Source of the DNA: a bacterium
GTDB lineage: Bacteria; Patescibacteriota; CPR2; UBA1875; JAJYID01
Length of the DNA: 64,000 nucleotides
NCBI GenBank assembly: GCA_030647205.1
Contig: JAUSJO010000002.1
Coordinates: forward strand, 241,112-305,111
Reading direction: 5' to 3'
Position 1 is the first letter of the stretch; each line of letters starts with the position of its first letter. The notes under the pieces are model-generated. The model had not been told where the DNA came from, searched no databases, and saw only the letters and a program-made list of their open reading frames with translations. Shown here piece after piece: positions 19,168 to 28,235 of this stretch. Both the position numbers and the translations under genes were made by a program.

Positions 19168-19254
19168 TGGTGCCGCGGAGAGGACTCGAACCTCCACGAG
19201 ATTGCTCCCACTGGTCTCTGAAACCAGCGCGTCTACCAGTTCCGCCACCGCGGC
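19168..19254 (-). tRNA. tRNA-Leu (anticodon CAG)
   Basis: Reverse complement reads GCCGCGGTGGCGGAACTGGTAGACGCGCTGGTTTCAGAGACCAGTGGGAGCAATCTCGTGGAGGTTCGAGTCCTCTCCGCGGCACCA. Long variable arm, anticodon loop TTCAGAG, encoded CCA. Confidence 0.9.
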
Positions 19255-19286
19255 ATGCAAGATATTTTAGCAAAATTTTGGTAAAG

Positions 19287-19318
19287 AAAAAAGCGGAGTT
19301 TTTAAAACTCCGCTTTTT
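19287..19318. terminator. rho-independent terminator downstream of the minus-strand MFS gene
   Basis: aaaagcggagtt-tttaaa-actccgctttt hairpin with flanking T/A runs. Confidence 0.6.
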
Positions 19319-19323
19319 GGGGT

Positions 19324-20511
19324 TTAGATTCTTTTTCCGTTTTTACCTAAAATTATTGCTGCAATAATTAGGAAAGAACCGGAAAGAATCCATGTCAGGG
19401 GGATAGAAGTGGTTTGCGCGAGAAGACCACTCACTATGAGACCGCCAGCACCTCCGATGTGATGCGATATCGACTCAAAGGAGATGAGAGTGGCTCTTTC
19501 TTTCGAAGGAATATTATCGTTGAGATAAGCATCCTTGATCGGAGTGAAAGCTCCTCGGGCAACTTCATGCGACAAAAATAGCAAAATAGCTATTTGGTAG
19601 GAGCTAAAATACGCCGTTATTACTATCGCCACACCAATCATTGCCTGCGATACAACGAGGGCCATTCTCTCATCTCTTACTTTCTTTAGGAGCAGAGAAG
19701 ATAGGGAAGAACCGATTATGATACAGACTGATATCCCGACATATAGAAAACCAAAGGAGGTTTTGCTATCGAAATGTTGAGAAAAGAGAGGCTGCCATTG
19801 CATATTCGGTGCTTGTAGTGCGAAGAACTGAACGGCGCTGACGAGAATAATGAACCTTATCGCCTTATTCTTTACTCCGTATCTGATGCTGTTTGCAGTC
19901 GTTGTCCTCATTGACCTTAGTCCTTCCCTGAAAGAGAACTTTTCCCTGACAAAATACTCCTCTTTCATGAGAAAGATAGCCAGTACTCCCGCTACGAAGG
20001 TCGTAATCCCGCCGGCGATCCATGGCAGGGCCAGGTTCTTATCGGCGAGAAAAGCACCCGCAAGAGCTCCAACTATTGTTGCCCCTTGGGCGAATTGCTG
20101 TTCTTTTTTGAAAATAGGCTGAATCGGTTCGGCATAGTCGTAGTATTTGAGTCGATCAACTACCCATGCCTGGAAGGCACCACTTTCAAATGTTCTTGCG
20201 ACAGCACCTATGGCTTCTGCTAAAACAAAAAACCAAATACCGTTAGAGCCGGCATAAACAAACAGGCTGATAGAAAAGAGAAAGCATGATATTATGAACG
20301 ATACTTTCCTCCCAAAAACATCAGCGACAACTCCGGTTGGGATTTCACAGATAAACAAGGTGGTAAAGAACACGCAGTTTACTAGGTTTACCTCAAAAAG
20401 ATTTAATCCTTTCGAGATAAGGAACATCACATATGTTGCCGATATGAAAGATATTCCCAAAGCCATAACTACCTTGAGCAGCAAGTACAATCTGATTGTT
20501 TGTTTAACCAT
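19324..20511 (-). CDS. MFS transporter
   Basis: 12 predicted TM segments. Loop 2-3 motif GVVADVFGRK. Confidence 0.8.
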   Translation of the reverse strand: MVKQTIRLYLLLKVVMALGISFISATYVMFLISKGLNLFEVNLVNCVFFTTLFICEIPTGVVADVFGRKVSFIISCFLFSISLFVYAGSNGIWFFVLAEAIGAVARTFESGAFQAWVVDRLKYYDYAEPIQPIFKKEQQFAQGATIVGALAGAFLADKNLALPWIAGGITTFVAGVLAIFLMKEEYFVREKFSFREGLRSMRTTTANSIRYGVKNKAIRFIILVSAVQFFALQAPNMQWQPLFSQHFDSKTSFGFLYVGISVCIIIGSSLSSLLLKKVRDERMALVVSQAMIGVAIVITAYFSSYQIAILLFLSHEVARGAFTPIKDAYLNDNIPSKERATLISFESISHHIGGAGGLIVSGLLAQTTSIPLTWILSGSFLIIAAIILGKNGKRI

Positions 20512-20911
20512 TTTTCATCTCCTTTACTTTTGGAATGAACTCTAGATAAGTGCGCTAAAATCAAAAGCGCCTCGGCTTATCTAGCCGAGGCGCTTCGTAT
20601 AATTAAATTAAAAAAGTATGTTTAACTCATATTTATATAAAGACCGCCTTGGCCAGACAAATTATTGAATTTATCCCATGCATAGGAAAGAGTGCCGACG
20701 TGAATCGGGTTCATAAACTTTCTATTTACTTGGCAGTTATTTATATTCATAACATGTTGATTATAGCATAAACTTCTTAAAATATCAAATGGTGGACTCT
20801 GTAGCGCGTTATCCGAACTTTAATATTTGGGGCAGCGGTAAAGAATATTTCTTCATAAAAAGAAAGCGACCCCTTACAGGGCGCCTTCTTTTTATCTGGT
20901 TGGCTCTGGGA

Positions 20912-21430
20912 TTAGATTCCCAGTTCCTCCCGTAGAAGTGCTTCTGTCGAGGGGTCGTTGTAAACGACAATAGTGATCTCTTTTAAGTGATTGTACCAGC
21001 CGTTAGCCTCAAAGGTGAGAATGCCGATGACCATTTCCTTAATGGCTTTGTCCGGACTCTCAACTTGGTTCTTCATAACACCCATTCTGATAGTCGGGAT
21101 AGTTACCGTTTCATAGCCTGCATGGTCTGCTGCTTCGAGACCCGCTTTCACGATGTTGCGAAGTGGCTGCTGGAGGTCGTCGATTACAAAGATTACGTCT
21201 CCGAATTCTCCATCATGCTGAAGCTCGGCATGTACCGCAATCGCCTGACCATCTTCAAGCCCTTCTTTAAGGGCAAGAGCAGCTTGATTGTGGAACATAT
21301 TCCCAGCGGTATTCATAATAACTCCATCAATACCGCCAAACCAGAAACCGCCGGAATTGATCGCGGTTATCAAAGCATCTGCTTTGACTGAAGCGATGTC
21401 TCCACTTGTTACCTGGACGTTTAGGTTCAT
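20912..21430 (-). CDS. stand-alone macro domain protein (ADP-ribose / O-acetyl-ADP-ribose processing)
   Basis: ADALITAINSGGFWFGGIDGVIMNTAG matches the macro-domain NAAN...GGGVDGAI signature. The internal Met at 21430 has an RBS aaaggagatgg. Confidence 0.8.
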   Translation of the reverse strand: MNLNVQVTSGDIASVKADALITAINSGGFWFGGIDGVIMNTAGNMFHNQAALALKEGLEDGQAIAVHAELQHDGEFGDVIFVIDDLQQPLRNIVKAGLEAADHAGYETVTIPTIRMGVMKNQVESPDKAIKEMVIGILTFEANGWYNHLKEITIVVYNDPSTEALLREELGI

Positions 21431-21610
21431 AAGGATCCATCTCCTTTTCTGAATTATCATTGGATACTTGGTCTAGATAATAACATAAATACTGTTATTT
21501 GTCAACAGCTTTGTTAAATAAAAAATACTCAGTTTTACTGAGCACGAAAACTTGAGCCTAGTTTTTACTTTATAATGTTTAAAACAAAAAACCTCAATAA
21601 GACATATTTC

Positions 21611-21687
21611 TGGTGGGCTTGCGCAGACTCGAACTGCGGACCTCTACGATGTCAACGTAGCGCTCTAACCAACTGAGCTACAAGCCC
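21611..21687 (-). tRNA. tRNA-Val (anticodon GAC)
   Basis: Reverse complement reads GGGCTTGTAGCTCAGTTGGTTAGAGCGCTACGTTGACATCGTAGAGGTCCGCAGTTCGAGTCTGCGCAAGCCCACCA. Cloverleaf with anticodon loop TTGACAT. Confidence 0.9.
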
Positions 21688-21734
21688 GAAACTAGTATTG
21701 AATTATATAGAAAATAAGGTAAAAAATCAATTGA

Positions 21735-21762
21735 AAAAGCGGCTGGGATACAGCCGCTTTTT
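21735..21762. terminator. rho-independent terminator
   Basis: aaaagcggctg-ggata-cagccgctttt hairpin between the 235-aa gene and tRNA-Val. Confidence 0.6.
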
Positions 21763-21777
21763 GATAGGTGATTGGAG

Positions 21778-22485
21778 TTAGCCAACATTTGTCGGCTTTT
21801 TTGTCTCAGCATTCATAATACCCCAGAAAGTATGTAGCATCTCATCAAAGCCCCGCATGGAACTGATAGTAGTGCTTATATCTGCCATGCTTGGCGGATG
21901 TTCCTCATTAAGCATTCTTTCTTTCATTGCCCGGAGTATGTGTTCGACACTCTCGATGTTTCTCTGCGCCCGTTCAAGCATACTGACTCTGTGTTCTTCG
22001 GAAATATTCTCCCTTCGACGGCCTGACTTCCTGCGAAGCAGAAGGTCCATATCCATGCTGATAGTTTTCATTCCTACAAAGAAGATGTCTAGGGTTTTCC
22101 AGAATCTTAACTCAGTGTGGACGAAAGATTCAACTTCTAGACCAGCAAGGATTCTTTGTAGAGAAGTGAACTCATCATGGTTGTGCTTTAGGAAGTTCTC
22201 CGTTTTGAGTCCGGCTGCTCGACCCTCTTCTTTCAGAAAGTCTATCTCAAAGGATCTCATTATGTCGTTTGCTGCCAGGTATTTGTCTTCTCTTCCTCCC
22301 GCAATTTCTCCGTCAGGTCCTTTGAACCAGTAGGGTGCGTAGTTCGGACCAAAAAGTTCTCGGTTCTCGGGGCTTACTTCTTCCGGACCAATAATCCCGT
22401 AAGCCTCTAGCATGTTTGCCACAACATCTCTTTGCGCTAAGTCATACTGATTTATTCCCCCAAGTAGTGCCATCAGAAAAACCAC
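21778..22485 (-). CDS. hypothetical protein
   Basis: 235-aa ORF with coding-like composition. No motif recognised. A promoter-like ttgaca...tgctaacat lies upstream. Confidence 0.5.
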   Translation of the reverse strand: MVFLMALLGGINQYDLAQRDVVANMLEAYGIIGPEEVSPENRELFGPNYAPYWFKGPDGEIAGGREDKYLAANDIMRSFEIDFLKEEGRAAGLKTENFLKHNHDEFTSLQRILAGLEVESFVHTELRFWKTLDIFFVGMKTISMDMDLLLRRKSGRRRENISEEHRVSMLERAQRNIESVEHILRAMKERMLNEEHPPSMADISTTISSMRGFDEMLHTFWGIMNAETKKPTNVG

Positions 22486-22657
22486 CTTTCAAAAGGTTGA
22501 TTGTTTTGTCTTTAAGAGCTCCCTCGTTGGGGAAAGTATAAGTGATATTTAAATACAAATCAACAAAAATATTGACAACGGGGGAAAGTAGTGCTAACAT
22601 AAGAGTCCTTTTGGATGTTTTCACAAAGCGAGAATATTAAAATAGCAGGATTTACAA

Positions 22658-23776
22658 ATGTTGACAAACACTCTTTCAACCGAGCTTGTTAAGAGGGTAT
22701 CGGGGATTACCAAAAACCCCATTGCTATTTTAGACTTGTCCGGCGACATTCTGGCAAAAAGTGAAAACTTCAAATACAGTTCTAGCCATATTGATATTAA
22801 ACACTCTAAGAAGGCCTTGCCTCTTTTGGTAGAAGGAGAAAAGGTTGGGTATGTTTATCTTGATGCGTCTCCTCATGTTATTTCTGAGGAAGGCGACATC
22901 ATAAAGTCGATGCTGGAGCTTATCCTGCATCAGAAAACCATTTTAGAAAATATTACTTCCGAAGACAGGAAAATCAATAAATTTATTTATGATCTCTTGC
23001 ATCAAGCCGACTATGACGAGTCTGAGGCTATTTCTGAGGCAAAAGTATATGGATTTGACCTCAAAAAACCAAGGATGGTTTTGCTTATTGATCTTGGCGG
23101 TGAAATTAAGAGTACATTATTCAGCGAAAATTTGAGTTGTAACGAAAAAGACTCTTTCTGGGCAAAGATAAAAAGATCTCTTACTTCCCAAACAGAGTCT
23201 TTTTATACAAGGAATAGGGATAATGTGGTCGCTTATATCGGAGGCAGCCGGTTTGTGGTGCTCAAAAGTCTGGGTTCTGAAGAGGAAATGGTCGCTAACT
23301 TTAAGCATATTTTAAAAACATTGAATTCTTTTGAATATAGCTTAAAGAGTGAGTTCCGCGGAGATGTGACTATTGGTGTGGGGAAATACTATTCTGGAAT
23401 CTCAGGGCTTAAAGAATCGTATGAGGAAGCGCTTATTGCCATGAACTTTGGTGAAAAGGTTTGGGGTAAAGATAAAGTTTACAGTTTTGACAGCTTCGGT
23501 GTTGTGGCTCCGCTCATAAACAGCGGCAAGGGCTTGGACTTTCCGAAAAATGTCTTTGAAGGCTTTTCAAATGAGGAGCTAAAGCATACTTTGGATGTCT
23601 TTTTTGAAAATAACATGAGTCTGACCCAAACGGCAAAGAAGCTAAAGATTCATAGAAATACGCTCGTTTATAGGTTGGACAAAATATCCGAGAATCTGCG
23701 GCTTGATCCAAGGTTGTTTGATGATGCGGTTCAAATAAAACTATCAATGCTTTTTGGAGAACTGGTCCATCAATAA
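22658..23776 (+). CDS. PucR/CdaR-family transcriptional regulator
   Basis: C-terminal HTH LTQTAKKLKIHRNTLVYRLDKISENLRLDP is the PucR C-terminal HTH. Confidence 0.75.
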   Translation: MLTNTLSTELVKRVSGITKNPIAILDLSGDILAKSENFKYSSSHIDIKHSKKALPLLVEGEKVGYVYLDASPHVISEEGDIIKSMLELILHQKTILENITSEDRKINKFIYDLLHQADYDESEAISEAKVYGFDLKKPRMVLLIDLGGEIKSTLFSENLSCNEKDSFWAKIKRSLTSQTESFYTRNRDNVVAYIGGSRFVVLKSLGSEEEMVANFKHILKTLNSFEYSLKSEFRGDVTIGVGKYYSGISGLKESYEEALIAMNFGEKVWGKDKVYSFDSFGVVAPLINSGKGLDFPKNVFEGFSNEELKHTLDVFFENNMSLTQTAKKLKIHRNTLVYRLDKISENLRLDPRLFDDAVQIKLSMLFGELVHQ

Positions 23777-23815
23777 TTCATAATTAAAAATTAACAATTC
23801 AAAATTGAGGAAATT

Positions 23816-25009
23816 ATGAGATTAACAAAAGAAATTAGCGAAGAGCTGCTTACAAAAATAGAAAGGGTAATTGGTCGCAAGGCTTATCTATTTGACGAGA
23901 ATGGTATCGCCATGGATGGAGCGCCTGCGAAGATTGATCTTTTAGCCCTGAAGGTGATTCAGAGTACACGGGAGATAACAGAGAAAAAAGAAGAGAAGTA
24001 CTTTAGTTGTACGCCGATAGTTTATGAAGACAAGGTTATCGGGGCCGTATGCGCCGGAGATGATAAAAAAGAAGATTCTCTAGAGTTCGCCGGTCTTGCT
24101 AAGGGGCTAGCTGAGGTTCTTTTATACGAAGAGTTCCTTGTAAAAAACATACATGTAGCGAACGATCTCAGGAGTGATTTCATCAAAGAAATCTTGACTG
24201 GGACAAAAATCCAAACGACCGAGGAAGCTGTCGAACAGGGGGACATAATCGGAGTAAATCTCAGGTTTAAATATGCGGTAATGATATTTAAAATAGATGA
24301 TCTTTATCAGACATATATAGAACATAACAAAAAAATGCGTATTGAGACTGCCAGGGCCAAGTTTCAAGAATATTTAAAGGGAATAGAGGATAATCTTCTT
24401 TGTTCTTTTGAGGGAGAGATACAAAACTGTATAGTTTATATAGGTGACGGGAAGTTTGTGATACTTAAGGAAATAAAAGGGGATGGTACCGATACTTTGA
24501 ATTCGTTTAAAACCTTAAAAGATAGTGGAAAGCAAATTTATGCGGTACTCAAGAAAAAGTTCCCTGATCGCGTCAGGGTTTCGGTAGGCCAGTATTATCA
24601 GGGACTTTCGGGGCTTAGAAAATCATATGAAGATTCAAACATTGCACTCCGGCTTGGTGAAAAAGTTTTGACGGAAAGTGGAGTCTACCATATCTTGGAT
24701 GTTGCGATGTTTGTCGGTCTTTTAGGCGACGTTGCAAGCACCAGAAAGAATGAGCTTTCTTATCAAGTTCTCAGGAAGTTGTATATGGATAAAGATCTGC
24801 TTAAAACTACCAGTGTTTTCTTGGAAAATGGGATGAATCTGACCGAAGCGTCGAAAAAACTTCATTTGCATAGAAATACTTTGATTTACAGGCTTCATAA
24901 AGTGAAAGAACTTATAGGGCTCGACCCGACAAGATTTTATGACGCGCTCCAGATAAAACTAGGGCTTATGGACACGTCAGAACAGGGTGTGCCCGCGGAA
25001 GTGAACTAG
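23816..25009 (+). CDS. PucR/CdaR-family transcriptional regulator (tandem paralogue)
   Basis: C-terminal LTEASKKLHLHRNTLIYRLHKVKELIGLDP and the same domain order as the upstream gene. RBS gaggaa. Confidence 0.75.
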   Translation: MRLTKEISEELLTKIERVIGRKAYLFDENGIAMDGAPAKIDLLALKVIQSTREITEKKEEKYFSCTPIVYEDKVIGAVCAGDDKKEDSLEFAGLAKGLAEVLLYEEFLVKNIHVANDLRSDFIKEILTGTKIQTTEEAVEQGDIIGVNLRFKYAVMIFKIDDLYQTYIEHNKKMRIETARAKFQEYLKGIEDNLLCSFEGEIQNCIVYIGDGKFVILKEIKGDGTDTLNSFKTLKDSGKQIYAVLKKKFPDRVRVSVGQYYQGLSGLRKSYEDSNIALRLGEKVLTESGVYHILDVAMFVGLLGDVASTRKNELSYQVLRKLYMDKDLLKTTSVFLENGMNLTEASKKLHLHRNTLIYRLHKVKELIGLDPTRFYDALQIKLGLMDTSEQGVPAEVN

Positions 25010-25327
25010 CCTCTCGACATTTCTCCAAAATATTTACTAAAAAATTCCCGAATTTTTGTTAACTCCTACAATGAAACGGGGTATCCAGTCTTATATCATT
25101 GGTTTACTCCTCGAAGGATTTGGGCACATTAAAAAATAGTTTTACGCGTTCTGCCATGTACGGTTACGTGCAACCTCTAAAATTAACAAATGTCTAACGT
25201 TTATCTTTGGCTGCGGCCGGGAAACCAGACAAAAATTTTTACCCATAGGTTGTCACCGCTCGGCATGGCGGAAGACGCAAAACTGTTTTACGACAAGAGA
25301 TTCAAAATCAGTTTTATGGCGATGCAA

Positions 25328-25363
25328 AGAGCAACTTTCAAATGAAAGTTGCTCTTTGTTTTT
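25328..25363 (+). terminator. orphan rho-independent terminator about 320 bp after the PucR stop
   Basis: agagcaacttt-caaatg-aaagttgctct followed by ttgttttt. Confidence 0.5.
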
Positions 25364-25424
25364 AGCATTGTTTTCTTGAAAACTAATATTGACTGAGCAT
25401 TCCCTTGAGGGGAACCAAAATGTC

Positions 25425-25519
25425 TGTCATTCTGGCTTGTCCAGAGTCGCATTTGTCATCCTGAGGCACGAAGGATCTCATCCCACATTCCTTTGTCATT
25501 CCCGCGGAGGCGGGAATCC
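25425..25519. repeat. three tandem short hairpin units, each led by TGTCAT(T/C)C
   Basis: Unit 1 tgtcattctggcttgtccagagt, unit 2 tgtcatcctgaggcacgaaggatctca, unit 3 tgtcattcccgcggaggcgggaatcc (8-bp GC-rich stem). Confidence 0.6.
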
Positions 25520-25873
25520 AGTCTTTAAGTATAGTCTCTACTTTTTGATAGCAAAAAGTAACAAAAACTACCGGCTAACGATTCTTTTCAAAGTGTCGAA
25601 TTTCATCTCATTTCAGGTTCAAAAAAATTAACTCGTTTCACTCAAACAAAATTCTTTTTGAATCTTCATTCGATTTATTCTCTCCTTGAAAAAATCATGC
25701 CGGATTAGAACAGATTTATCTTCAAACTATTCCAACAGTTCAAACAATTTTCGCCATTGACAGGTGTAAAACTATTATGGTACTTTTGCCCTAATGAGGA
25801 GGGCTTCGAATAATTTCGGAGCGGAGGGTGGTTGAGGTGTTGACCTCTAAAAAAGGAAAGGAGGTGAAGTAAA

Positions 25874-26542
25874 ATGGGAGATACTGCAACAGCAGTTACT
25901 GACGCAGTCAGAAATACTCTGTCTGATGTCATAGCTTATATTCCTGATCTTGTTGCCGCCATCATAGTTGTTCTTGTTGGTATTATAGTTGCTTGGGCTG
26001 TAAAAACCGTGATCGTTAAAGGTCTCGGCTTTTTGCAAATCAAGAAATATACCGATGCAGTTGGGCTTAACAAGGTTATAACAAAAGATGTTGAAGTAGT
26101 TGACTTGCTTGGTGATATCGCAAAGTGGGTTATACTTCTAACCTTTATCATTGTTGCTCTTGATGTAGCAAAGCTTTCCGGAGCAAACGATCTTTTGAAG
26201 AGCGTACTTGCATATATACCCAATGTTGCTAAAGCCGCAGTCCTTTTGTTTATCGGCGTAGTTGTAGCAGACCTTGCTTCAAGGGTCGTGAAAGCTACTG
26301 CTAACTCAATAGGCGTAAGAGCAAGCGAAATCCTATCTGACATTGCTAGATGGGCTATTATTATCGCTGCTTTTTTCCAGGCGATGAAACTTTTGGGTCT
26401 TATTGCCGGGCCAATCGAAACTCTATGGACAGGTGTTATTGCTTTCTTAGCAATTGCCGGTGGTCTTGCTTTCGGTCTTGGGGGCAAAGATGCAGCGACA
26501 GATATCATTAACTCTGTCAAAAAGGCGTTTCCAAAGAAGTAG
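25874..26542 (+). CDS. membrane protein with duplicated conserved-TM-helix repeats (MscS-N-terminal-like)
   Basis: Strong RBS aaaggaaaggagg. Two similar TM-helix repeats (IAYIPDLVAAIIVVLVGIIVAW / LAYIPNVAKAAVLLFIGVVVADL). Confidence 0.7.
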   Translation: MGDTATAVTDAVRNTLSDVIAYIPDLVAAIIVVLVGIIVAWAVKTVIVKGLGFLQIKKYTDAVGLNKVITKDVEVVDLLGDIAKWVILLTFIIVALDVAKLSGANDLLKSVLAYIPNVAKAAVLLFIGVVVADLASRVVKATANSIGVRASEILSDIARWAIIIAAFFQAMKLLGLIAGPIETLWTGVIAFLAIAGGLAFGLGGKDAATDIINSVKKAFPKK

Positions 26543-26582
26543 GAACTTATCTTACGTAAAAACTAGGAAACAAAAACAAAAA

Positions 26583-26616
26583 AGAGAAAGGCGCGATTAC
26601 GCGCCTTTCTCTTTTG
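26583..26616. terminator. bidirectional rho-independent terminator
   Basis: agagaaaggcgcg-atta-cgcgcctttctct followed by tttt. Confidence 0.7.
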
Positions 26617-26628
26617 TAACTATTTTAT

Positions 26629-27579
26629 TTATCTTCCTATAGCTACCTTTTTAGATTTAGATTTTCCTTTATAAAATTTTGCGGCATCTTCCGGCGGGAT
26701 GGAATTGATAATTATTCCTGTTCCGAGCTCAACTCCTGCCCAAACATTTGGCCTAGGGTCAAGCTTTAAGACCATATGGTGTCCGCAGTCATCAAAGCTA
26801 TTGTGGAAGAAGTAGTTGTAGCTTAAACCGATTGATTCAACTTTTCCGATGATATGCTTCATGGCTTCGGCTAGGGAATGTTTCTCATCTTGATTCATAT
26901 CAAATAGGCTTGAAACGTGTCTTTTTGGAATAAACCAGACGCTATACGGATACTCTGAGGCAAACGGACAAAGCGCAAAAATGTTTTTGTCTTCCCACGC
27001 AACTCTCGGCGACTTTTTCTCATCCTTTATAATGTCGCAGTATGGACATGTTTTGTTCTTTAATGTATAGTCGTCGATTGCAAGAATTTCTTCACGAATT
27101 AGCGGTGGCAACATGGGCAGTGCGATAACTTGAGAGTGAGCATGGTCTATGCTTTCGCCGGCTTTTCCTCCCTCGTTTTTAAATACCAAAACATAACGAA
27201 TCTTATCTACTTTCTTCAGAGATTCATATCTTTCAGAGTAGACGTCGAGGATTTTTTTGATATGCTCTATAGGCAGTTCGTGGATTTCTTTGTTATGGTA
27301 AGGAGACTCGATAATTATTTCTTGCTTACCGTAAGCATATTTGTTATCAAGCGTCAGAGCAGGATAAATGTTTTTTATAACCCTGATAAGCCAGCCGCCC
27401 TTTAAATCAGGAAGTTCATATATAAGTTTTACCTTTCCTCCCGGGCACATAAAACAGTCTTTTTTAGTGCTATCATCCTCTGTACAAACTTTTGTGATAT
27501 GTGGCCTTTGGCCCCTTTTGGGTGAGATGATGACGTATTTGTCTTGAAAGTAATGTTTTCGTATTTCGCTTTTTTTCAT
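26629..27579 (-). CDS. galactose-1-phosphate uridylyltransferase-like protein (GalT / HIT superfamily)
   Basis: Zn-site cysteines CFMCPGG and the HxHxQ active-site motif IDHAHSQVI. Confidence 0.75.
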   Translation of the reverse strand: MKKSEIRKHYFQDKYVIISPKRGQRPHITKVCTEDDSTKKDCFMCPGGKVKLIYELPDLKGGWLIRVIKNIYPALTLDNKYAYGKQEIIIESPYHNKEIHELPIEHIKKILDVYSERYESLKKVDKIRYVLVFKNEGGKAGESIDHAHSQVIALPMLPPLIREEILAIDDYTLKNKTCPYCDIIKDEKKSPRVAWEDKNIFALCPFASEYPYSVWFIPKRHVSSLFDMNQDEKHSLAEAMKHIIGKVESIGLSYNYFFHNSFDDCGHHMVLKLDPRPNVWAGVELGTGIIINSIPPEDAAKFYKGKSKSKKVAIGR

Positions 27580-27673
27580 AAAAAAATCCCTCCAAGAAGA
27601 TTATACAAAGAAATGAGTGATTTAAAAAGGAAAAAGTTAAAGCCCCGCGAAAATTAATTCGCGGGGCTAGATT

Positions 27674-28159
27674 TTAGTGCTGAGGAAAGGGTTTGCCGGT
27701 TTTGGTTGCGACCAAAACGGGGCGCATGCCTTTCATCACTGTTCTGTCTCCATCTGTTTTAAAGCCGAAGGCTTCAAGCCAAGGGGTAAGCTTTAAGGTC
27801 TGATGGAAAGATCCTTGATGAAAATGAAGAACTATCCCATCATCTTCTGGTTTTAATCCCACTAAGTCATGACCTATCAACTCACTCAGTTCTCCTATAC
27901 TTTCTTCGGCCGAAGTGTAATCTTCCTCAGGGAAGATTTTGTTAGCTTTATGGAAGAGGAGTTTCACATAACTGTTACTGACACCATTGTATGCGCATAT
28001 GGCTAGGTACAAAGGAGACTCTTCTTCATCGGTGGTTTCAAACTCCAGATACAGGCCTTTATTCTGCTTTTCTATGTAGATTGCGGTAACTGTTCTGGGG
28101 ATTAGGTTACTGATTTCTTGAGCGTCTTTTTCACACAAGGTTTTTTCCGTTGCTGCCAA
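27674..28159 (-). CDS. hypothetical protein
   Basis: 161-aa ORF with a downstream hairpin gccccgcgaa-aattaa-ttcgcggggc. No family recognised. Confidence 0.5.
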   Translation of the reverse strand: MAATEKTLCEKDAQEISNLIPRTVTAIYIEKQNKGLYLEFETTDEEESPLYLAICAYNGVSNSYVKLLFHKANKIFPEEDYTSAEESIGELSELIGHDLVGLKPEDDGIVLHFHQGSFHQTLKLTPWLEAFGFKTDGDRTVMKGMRPVLVATKTGKPFPQH

Positions 28160-28235
28160 GTGAGCTCACTCCTTCTTTAGAAATTAGAGGATGATAGCCG
28201 GCAAGGTATGCTTATCCTACCTACTTCTTTCTTAC

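Noticed and set aside
20912-21430. Macro domain as a DarG antitoxin of a DarTG system
   Set aside because: The protein is a 182-aa stand-alone macro domain without the DarG C-terminal domain, and no DarT-like (DUF4433) gene is adjacent.
25110-25300. GC-rich patch in the long intergenic region considered as a ZTP or fluoride riboswitch
   Set aside because: Only loose resemblance to the GGGUCGUGAC / CCGGGC-GCCUGG (ZTP) or GGCGAUGG...UCUGC (fluoride) cores. Without a covariance-model search the match is not supportable.
25425-25519. Short repeated hairpins considered as a CRISPR array
   Set aside because: Only three units with no regular repeat/spacer periodicity. The units are about 30 bp, abut one another and have different stem sequences. 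No cas genes are present in the window.
25936-26520. Track ORF 25936..26520 (-), 194 aa
   Set aside because: It is antisense to the strongly supported membrane-protein gene 25874..26542, which has a strong SD and hydrophobic repeats. Its Ala/Thr/Ile-rich translation mirrors the sense strand.
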